Source: Dimorphilus gyrociliatus (lineage: Eukaryota > Animalia > Annelida). Taken from it: 64,000 bases of DNA. Shown piece by piece: positions 58,401 to 64,000 of the stretch (its first letter is position 1; every line of letters starts with the position of its first letter). The DNA is taken from assembly GCA_904063045.1 (NCBI GenBank), contig CAJFCJ010000023.1, forward strand, positions 62,001 to 126,000, in the 5' to 3' direction. A model generated the notes under the pieces. That model was given only the letters and a program-made list of their open reading frames with translations. It made no database searches and was not told the DNA's origin. A program made the position numbers and the translations under genes.

Positions 58401-61400
58401 GAACTTTAACTTTTTTTTTTAACATTTTTCTTTAAATAACAGTTTCAGATAATATGACCGAAGATAGCTTGGAAGGTACTATATACTTCCTCCATCAGCT
58501 CATAAAAAAAGCAAATTATACTTAGATTATATAAATTTATATATATATATATAAATATATTTATATATATATTAACATAACGCTTTAGTTGGATTAAGTT
58601 GTCTTACTCAGCTTTCATAAATAATCCATCTTTTCAAAGAATTGAACGATTATTTATAAATAGTCTCTATATTTTTGCTATCTATTTTCTTTTATCGAAC
58701 TTTAAATAAGCTTTATAATTCTTTTAAAGTTTGAAAGAAAACAAACACACCTATAATTAATATATGCAAAATAGTTGTATATATGATATATATTATACAA
58801 TTTTAATAAATAGATATACAGTATATCTATATATGTATATAAAGTACACATAAGCTGTTTTGAATAGCATCTCTCATATTGAAAAAAACAGCTTAATATA
58901 GATTTATTAATGCTTTTAATATGCACAAATAAATCTTTTGGTGTTGGTTGTTTTATACTTGTTTATTATATATGATATCTCTCTATTTACAGTATTATCA
59001 TTTAATAATAATCCGTTCTATTCAACATAACAGCTCCTACAAAAGTTAAAAAGGAGGAAGAAGCTAAACCACAATCACCTATGGTCCTTAAGCATCAAGA
59101 TAAGAGTCAGGCACCAGAATTTATCCAAAAATTGGAGGACATTGTTTGTTTTTCTTTTTTTTTTGTTTATTAAAAGCCAATATTTTACTATTTCTATAAT
59201 TTTTCGTATTTAGACAATCACCGAAAAAACAAAACTTGTTTTAACAACAAGAGTTACTGGAATACCTAGACCTAATCTTACTTGGTATATAGAAGAAGTT
59301 GAAATAAAGCAAACATTTAGAACGAAAATGACTTATACGGAAGATGTTGCAACTCTAACAATAAACAGTGTTGAAAAGAGACAAAAAGGATTATTCAAAT
59401 GCGTTGCCAAAAATACAGCAGGTTCAGCTGAAACTGTCTGTTATGTTAACGTTGAAGGTTTGTTTATTCTTATATATATATATTTCCCTTCTTTGCTTAT
59501 ACAAATAGAAACCTATTTGACTTCCAACTTGCAAGAAAAATAGCTTTTAACCATAAAATAAGTTATAAGATAATCAATATATATAGTCTATATATATATA
59601 TATATATATATATATGTAAATATATTATGTAGATTCAAAAGAAACGGTATCAGATGAAGAAGGTAAGAGATGTCGGATAAAATTAAAATATGAATCAGAA
59701 TAAACAAAACTTTTCAATTCATTCGAAAATCTTGAATGAATGAAATATAAATTTTGAACAAAATTTTTGATAATTTTTCTTTATCATATTTCAACGTTTC
59801 TATTAGAGCTTTTTTTTTAATAGAAAACGTTGATAATTGATTTGGTTTTCTTATTTTGTCGTTCGTTTCTCTTTTTCTTTAAATATATTTTTAATAGATT
59901 TATAGTCTTATTAAATTTTTTAATCATAATTTAACGAAACAATTTAATAAGGGTTTTAATCCTATTCTATTAATTACATAGATATAAAAGAACCTCCTGA
60001 ATTTACGAGACCCCTTGACGATAAAGAAGTAAGAGAAGGTCAAAGGGCAAGATTCGATTGTACGGTTTATGGATTACCTAAACCAGAATTTAAATGGTGT
60101 GTAGTCAATTTAAAAAGTTATTATTTATAACTAATGTTTTGTTTTGTTTTTTTAAAAAAACAAGGCTTCATAAAGGTGATGAAATATCGGAAAGTAATAG
60201 AATAAGAATGGAGTCGAAACACGTAAAAATATCGGACGAAACCAATTATACGCTGTTTATTGAAAAGACTACGGTTAATGATACTGGTAATATTTTAGCT
60301 GTTGCTAAAAATACTGCCGGAGAAGCTGAAAGTAAATGTGAATTGACTGTTCAAGGTAACTAATAAAGATACTTCATTACAATCTCTATAGTATTTATAG
60401 TATATTTATAGTGTTTTAATATGTTTTCTCTAATTCTAGTTAAATCCGAAATGCCTAAATTTTTAAAGAAACCAGATAATGTTGAATGCATGGAATTCGA
60501 TGATATTTCTTTCAAGGCTACTGTTAGAGCAAAACCTGCTCCTGAAGTTGAATGGTTTAAATCGGATGAAAAATTAATTCCTTCTGATAGAATAGTCTAT
60601 GAAAGTGAAGGTGAAGAATTTACTCTTATTATGAAAGAAGTAAAGAAGGAAGAAGCCGGTATGTTCTCTGTCAAAGCTACAAACGATCAAGGATCAATGA
60701 GCGCTTCTGCTAGACTTAAAGTAACAGGTACTTAGCTTGAAATATTTTACTGATATATGATATATACTGAAGATAGATATACAAATAATGACATTTAATT
60801 GTAACTTTTTAACTAATGTTCTTTAGCCGTAATCCCACCAAGGATTGTTAAGCCTCCTAAAGATACTATTGCACCTGAACAAGGGCCTGCCAAGTTCTCT
60901 TCTAAAATTACAGGCTTTCCAACACCCCAAGTACAATGGTAAATAACCAGAGATTAATCTCCTTTTTCAAACAAAATAAAACTCTGTTATTAACTTTTTG
61001 CTACATGTTAATTTAAGGTTTTTAGAGGGAACGCCATTGGTAGAAACCAAACAAATTCAAATGGAATTTGAACCAAAAACTAATATGTATCATTTAATTC
61101 TTACTGATGATCTTAAAGGAATGACTGGCACTGTTAAAGTTCTCGCTACCAACAAAGGTGGTAAAGACGAGAAAGAAGTTAGTCTTACAGTTACAGGAAG
61201 AGCTCCCTCCTTCATAGAGAAACCTTTGAAATGCACCGTCTTGGAAAGCGACACAGCCATCTTCTGCTGTAGAATAGATGGTGACCCCATACCAAAAGTA
61301 CAATGGTCAAAAGGAAAATGGAGAAAGATGGAGAATACATCGACTACTAGGGTACATTACAAAGAGCCAACAGATCAATACGTTCTCGAAATAGATAATA

Positions 61401-63327
61401 TTAAAAAGAAAGATGCGGGAACGTACACGGTTACTTTAACAAATGACTTTGGTGAGGAAACTACCTCAGTTACCCTAATTGTAACTGATAAACCAGAGGA
61501 AGCGGAAGATTGGAAGAGCTCCCTTAAGCATACTGAGGTAAAGGAAAAGGTAGATACAGAAGAGGAATATGATTGGAGAAATAAACTAAAGAAGGCTAAA
61601 GGAAATTTAGATGATGTAGAGGGAGAGGAACTTACATTCCAACTCAAAAAGGTTGAACAAACAGAACCTAAAGGTCAACTTAAAGAAGCCAAAATGGAAG
61701 TTGAAGAAACCCAAATGAAACCAACAACAATGAAATTTGAAAAGAGAGAACCTATAGAACTTTCCAAGAGAAAGGATCAAGATAAAAAAGAAAAGGCTCC
61801 AGTAGAAGAAGAAGCAATAGAAAAATCAAAATACCAAAGACAAAAGAAAGAACCAGCCGAACCTCAGGTTGAGGAGAAAGGATTTAAAATAGGAAAAGTG
61901 GAAGTAATAAAAATTTCTTTTCACTTAATTGACTTGATAAATTGCAAAAAAGTAACATTTTCTTTTTGTTTTCAGTATAAATTCATAAGAGAACTTACCG
62001 ATCAGAAAGTGAAAGAAACGGACTTTGCAGAATTCGAATGCGAAGTTAATAAGCCAAAAATACCCGTTAGATGGCTTATTGAAGGTGTTGAAGTTGTTCC
62101 CAGTCCAAAATATCAAATTTTTGCTGAAGGAAAAATTCACAGATTAGCTATTAATAAAACAAAACCAGAAGACGAAGGTCAAGTTATGTGTGAATTTAAA
62201 AATCTAACAACAACCGCAAACCTCTACGTTATACGTGAGTATATTAATATCTTAATATCATAATTAGGAAAGAGAAAACTTTCCTATTGGTTAAGCTATT
62301 GATTACATAATAATAGAAATATATATATAATACTGTTAGTCTAATAGAAACGTTCTAAACAAAAATTATAATTAAGAAAAGTCTCTTTAATTTGCTTAAT
62401 TAATTTATTCATTTATTTATTATAAAAATTTATATTAATTTGATTAATTTGCACAATTTTTGCACTGCTTTGTTCTTTTTGTTTTGTAAAAACACAGCCA
62501 TCATACCTGAATTTACTCTAAACTTTAACGATGAAAGAGTTGTTGAACATGCCGACGCTACTTTTACTTGTAAATTGAATGAAGATCTCGAAATAGACTG
62601 GTTTCACAAAGGTCAACCAGTAAAGAAGAATGACAAAAAATACAAAATTATTGATAGTGGGGTTGAGAAGACTTTAATGATTACTGATTGTCTCAAAGGA
62701 GACGCGGATAAAGTAAAAGCAGTTTGCCGTAACGTCAGCTGTGAAGCCAACTTAACGGTTGAAGGTTTGTTGAAAAAAGTGTCGTCTACATTGTCATTCA
62801 GAGCGTCCATGTTCTCGTTACGTTTTTTGTATAGATATCTATATTGCTTGAAGTGCTTTAACAAAAATGTGATCATTTACGCTATAAGTTTCAACAAAAA
62901 TCAGAACAATCAAATAGTCAAATAATCAATCAATTAATCAAATTTGCGCGTAAATTCTTCGGAAAAAATAAGGTCAAGTTCTGATAATGTTCGAGCGAAA
63001 ATACCTCTTACTAAATGCATGTTCCTCTATTCAGTGTTTTTTTTTTCTTTACAGCCTTTTCAACTGAATTTTCAAAGCCGTTAGAAAATACGAATTGTCG
63101 AGAGAATTCAACGGCTGAAATAGTTTCTTATACTTATCATTATCATCCTCCTTCCTCCATTTTGTGGTTTATAGATTCAATTCCAGTTGTTGAATCTTCC
63201 AAATATGAAATTAATTCAGACGGTTTGAAACATACGTTAAAAATTCATCGAGTATCCAAAATGGACGAGGGTCAAATAACAGTATCGTGTAACGATGAGG
63301 AATCAACGGCTAAATTAACAGTCGATG
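4165..63327 (+). CDS. ttn: Giant titin/sallimus-like sarcomeric protein gene (spectrin-repeat N-terminus, about 45 Ig, E/T-rich repeat regions, SH3); 3'-incomplete
   Basis: About 92 GT-AG exons traced by hand with consistent phase; the summed CDS of 35,239 nt ends in phase 1 at the donor GAT G|GTCAGT (63327/63328). I-set Ig motifs (P-x-F...C/V-x-G-x-P-x-P-x-(V/I)-x-W...D-x-G-x-Y/F-x-C-x-A-x-N) recur throughout. The symbol denotes family, not proven orthology. Confidence 0.9.
4334..4343 (+). promoter_or_regulatory. MEF2 consensus site (CTAAAAATAG) in intron 1
   Basis: Perfect CTA(A/T)4TAG 65 nt after the exon-1 donor of a muscle gene. The AT-rich background makes chance occurrence plausible. 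Confidence 0.4.
8329..8454 (+). CDS. Mutually exclusive exon variant A (42 aa, phase 0-0)
   Basis: TIDNIMRKEDDFFPAIAAELGSSASNTNEYRKKLEEFRPFVR; acceptor TTAACAG|ACAAT, donor CGG|GTAAAT. Confidence 0.8.
8489..8617 (+). CDS. Mutually exclusive exon variant B (43 aa, phase 0-0)
   Basis: TITWIMEEEKNLFRPYIAGYLGKSPSDIQTMKEKLHKFQPIVK is paralogous to variant A; same acceptor TTAACAG|ACAAT; only 34 nt from the variant-A donor. Confidence 0.8.
10262..17534 (+). CDS. First Ig array (7 I-set Ig domains)
   Basis: Exons 10262-10441 (3' part), 10529-10749, 11382-11681, 12227-12381 and 15965-17534. The third Ig is split by a 3.58-kb phase-0 intron (...NSHVHK|VTVAEHQ...). The last Ig (from about 17258) resembles titin Z1. 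Confidence 0.88.
18654..18905 (-). CDS. Nested antisense ORF, 83 aa, leucine-zipper/coiled coil plus basic patch
   Basis: Lies in intron 17535-19205. Heptad a/d positions L5, L9, I12, L16, I19, L23, L26, Q30, L33, I37, M40, followed by KSKRKSK. ATG in ttcATGG context, with a TCAGT Inr-like motif about 90 nt upstream on the minus strand. Confidence 0.45.
   Translation of the reverse strand: MANPLEHDLSVINKKLDHIMETLKILTSNQEKLAKDINAMLEEDLKSKRKSKSYDPTMIKRYEDPVIFKVNSRSITGCKKDAN
19206..24731 (+). CDS. Region colinear with vertebrate titin Z2 to I1, including Pro/Ser-rich linkers and one kettin-type Ig
   Basis: Exons 19206-19493, 19554-19720, 19924-20390, 20474-21002, 21074-21234, 21285-21616, 21671-21967, 22038-22101, 22252-22590, 22649-22714, 22969-23439, 23741-23885, 23953-24483, 24545-24731. 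Diagnostic strings: PPSFIDRLQS, HKIVVNEDGIHSLII, EPEKKLVIPR, HFESRLIPINDP...DFGYVALD, IEESQLPEG, PEPVQCKEG, REDWRSAL. Confidence 0.88.
24802..33653 (+). CDS. Second Ig array (about 13 Ig) with Q/P/T- and E/T/S-rich spacers
   Basis: Exons 24802-24918, 24977-25283, 25343-25560, 25623-25936, 26007-26127, 26187-26378, 26449-26781, 27107-27278, 27340-27971, 28031-28274, 28338-28716, 28784-28943, 29425-31008, 31114-31398, 31678-31837, 31891-32108, 32168-32665, 32720-32850, 32914-33285, 33347-33653; all phases are compatible. Confidence 0.85.
33719..37690 (+). CDS. Giant acidic elastic-type exon 33719-37254 (3,536 nt) plus exon 37314-37690
   Basis: Acceptor TTTTCAG|33719 (VFEYIQDSEE...), donor GAC|GTAAGA at 37254. 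E/T/V/K-rich with no Ig motifs; PEVK-analogous. Confidence 0.88.
34261..37250 (+). repeat. Cryptic, diverged 45-46-aa coding repeat (about 20 units)
   Basis: Recurring units such as DTFEEGIQVVPEQPTEEETKLKLEQPE..., EELQEGVEVTPEKTTEDQIDIEYS..., DTIDETAEISQDISKEEEVVLELS... (45 aa counted); visible at protein level only. Confidence 0.7.
37889..37922 (+). CDS. Candidate alternative terminal exon 1 (RLGEKFKREDI*)
   Basis: ACTAAC branch-like motif, then ATCTCCAG| acceptor. Phase 2 matches the donor at 37690. TAA at 37920-37922 and AATAAA at 38085-38090. Confidence 0.5.
38441..39497 (+). CDS. Two Ig domains plus linkers
   Basis: Exons 38441-38664, 38722-38837, 38899-39013, 39066-39497. Confidence 0.85.
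39742..39860 (+). CDS. Candidate alternative terminal exon 2 (KLIHPDEQILIEENYDIEVEIDFKWNANSAVRKAFLQTI*)
   Basis: TTTTACAG| acceptor in phase 1 matches the donor at 39497. Protein-like codons, TAA at 39858-39860, followed by about 1.3 kb of T-rich UTR-like sequence with AATAAA at 40231-40236. Confidence 0.6.
41229..41911 (+). CDS. 36-nt micro-exon plus a divergent Ig domain
   Basis: Exons 41229-41264 (RELEEKEEKRSE), 41492-41751 (KPKIIKSLRNTECRIGESVALKLRV...VKWY...DLGLYK) and 41854-41911. None appears in the ORF track. Confidence 0.75.
41999..49411 (+). CDS. Giant 7,413-nt exon, E/T/S/K-rich elastic-type segment
   Basis: Acceptor TTTCCAG|41999, in frame with ORF 42343-49473; donor ATT G|GTGAGA at 49411; phase 1-1. 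Confidence 0.9.
44023..46506 (+). repeat. 138-bp (46-aa) coding tandem repeat, 18 exact-period units plus further diverged units to about 47,050
   Basis: Unit starts (GAA of EST...) at 44023, 44161, ... 46369, 46507 at an exact 138-nt period. Consensus ESTDTEMVIKPSETAEQSETTVDISTAQTDKPVETTTGTFVTELKT. Confidence 0.95.
49818..51381 (+). CDS. Micro-exons, SH3 domain (about 50277-50450) and two Ig domains
   Basis: Exons 49818-49845, 49921-50009, 50128-50844, 50952-51073, 51186-51381. SH3 hallmarks MSLHEGERVEI, LWLV and GLVPSKY. An SH3 after the elastic region is also a feature of Drosophila Sallimus. Confidence 0.85.
51440..52157 (+). CDS. Four micro-exons each encoding a DFRxxL-type motif
   Basis: 51440-51491 (DLRSQL), 51571-51636 (DFRSVL), 51794-51878 (DFRNVL), 52086-52157 (DFRNLL). 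Canonical splice sites with continuous phase (1-2, 2-2, 2-0, 0-0) into exon 52246. Confidence 0.85.
52246..54251 (+). CDS. Ig, acidic spacer, Ig
   Basis: Exons 52246-52528, 52713-53338, 53490-53597 (symmetric, less certain), 53862-54007, 54076-54251. Confidence 0.8.
55103..55122. repeat. (TC)n microsatellite
   Basis: About 10 TC units in intron 54252-57288. Confidence 0.9.
56015..56095 (+). repeat. GA-rich polypurine tract
   Basis: AAGAGAGAAAGAGAGAGCGAGGGGGAAAGAGATAGAG..., almost pure purine; a polypyrimidine counterpart lies at about 57114-57170. Confidence 0.8.
56762..56846 (+). CDS. Candidate internal first exon (or cassette exon) MLVEMRIVHIQIALTHDVEEISIEKLIY-G
   Basis: ATG after an A-run, upstream in-frame TAA at 56693-56695. 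Donor G|GTTTGT (the same hexamer as several donors in this gene) in phase 1 matches acceptor 57289. Confidence 0.4.
57289..63327 (+). CDS. Distal Ig array (10 Ig) including an I80/N2A-like Ig and short constitutive-type Igs
   Basis: Exons 57289-57479, 57646-57751, 57903-58235, 58443-58475, 59034-59143, 59214-59457, 59633-59662, 59982-60096, 60165-60355, 60440-60727, 60827-60938, 61018-61903, 61976-62234, 62498-62764, 63055-63327. Confidence 0.87.
59589..59615. repeat. (TA)n microsatellite
   Basis: About 13 TA units just upstream of micro-exon 59633-59662; other TA-rich runs lie at about 15150-15205 and 58538-58570. Confidence 0.9.
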
Positions 63328-63944
63328 GTCAGTATACCAGAAAGAATGAGAGTTATAAAAAATCCGTGACTATTAAACAACCAGAAATCATTCACGATAG
63401 CTTTAGTTGTCGATTACATAGAAATTCAAATATGTATAAATCAGCCCATTTCGATTGTTTTACTATTCAAACAAATAAGAAGAATTATCAATTAGAAAAG
63501 TTTGAAAATAGGTTAAATACTAATTATAATAACCAACCGAAAAACATGATTAAACAATCCTCATTTATTGGTAAAAGAATTAATAGAAAATTTCAATATT
63601 TATATATTTATGAAATTCCTAATTATCTTTTAACAAAGATGAAAAATATTAAACCAAAATCGGTTTTAGATTACTTATCAGTTGTTGGTAAAAGTAATAA
63701 ATCTTGTCATTCGGATAGAATACCACCATGGAGAAAATGTACAAAATCAACTTATATTAGAGATAATAGTAAACAAATGATTTATCGTTTTGATCGAATT
63801 GAAAAAAAATCTTTTAAGAAAAAATTTCATAGGAAAAACTGTTTTTATTGGTTCGACTATTATCAAGGCTCTTCTCAACCTAAAATATACTTTAGGCCTA
63901 TACCCGCTATTCGTAAAATTCGTTATGCTTTTTTCATTAATTGA
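63328..63944 (+). CDS. Alternative basic C-terminal tail by read-through of the donor at 63328 (about 205 aa)
   Basis: The frame stays open for about 205 codons of very AT-rich sequence past the Ig-ending donor, to TGA at 63942-63944; K/N/I/Y/F-rich. Confidence 0.55.
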
Positions 63945-64000
63945 GTAAATAAGTACTAGTCGTCAATCGTATACGTTTATACATGTAAGGCCGGAGGGAT

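Noticed and set aside
1-64000. tRNA, rRNA, FN3 or kinase domains, intact transposases
   Set aside because: No cloverleaf/T-loop, rRNA-like, FN3 (W...Y...V.A.N..G.S) or kinase motifs, and no transposase or RT ORFs were seen by eye; tRNAscan/Infernal were not run.

Overview
This is AT-rich, intron-dense animal genomic DNA, not prokaryotic. Most introns are 50-70 nt GT-AG, so the ORF track (TTG starts, no splicing) shows only exon fragments. A compact lophotrochozoan or other invertebrate genome is my inference; the species cannot be determined from the sequence. Contents: (1) the 3' end of an unknown acidic low-complexity gene (<1-1505, +); (2) an intronless spermine/polyamine-oxidase-family flavoprotein gene (3180-1816, -); (3) from 4165 to the window end, one giant titin/sallimus-type muscle gene (+). 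By hand I could splice about 92 phase-compatible exons (about 35.2 kb CDS, about 11,700 aa) with no obligatory stop; the gene appears to continue past the window. Domain order: CCDC141/zormin-like spectrin-repeat rod; Ig array; a series colinear with vertebrate titin Z1Z2 to I1 with a single kettin-type Ig; more Ig domains; two giant E/T/S-rich exons built of 45-46-aa repeats; SH3; four micro-exons each carrying a DFRxxL-type motif; an I80 (N2A)-like Ig; short I-band-type Igs. That is about 45 Ig domains, with no FN3 or kinase domain in the window. Highlights are the CCDC141-like and TTN-like halves in one reading frame, a duplicated mutually exclusive exon pair split by a 34-nt intron, the DFRxxL micro-exon cassette, several alternative 3' ends (one with a two-state RNA pairing over its acceptor), a candidate internal first exon, and a nested antisense leucine-zipper ORF. 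All comparisons with human, fly and worm proteins are from recall and need confirmation by alignment.
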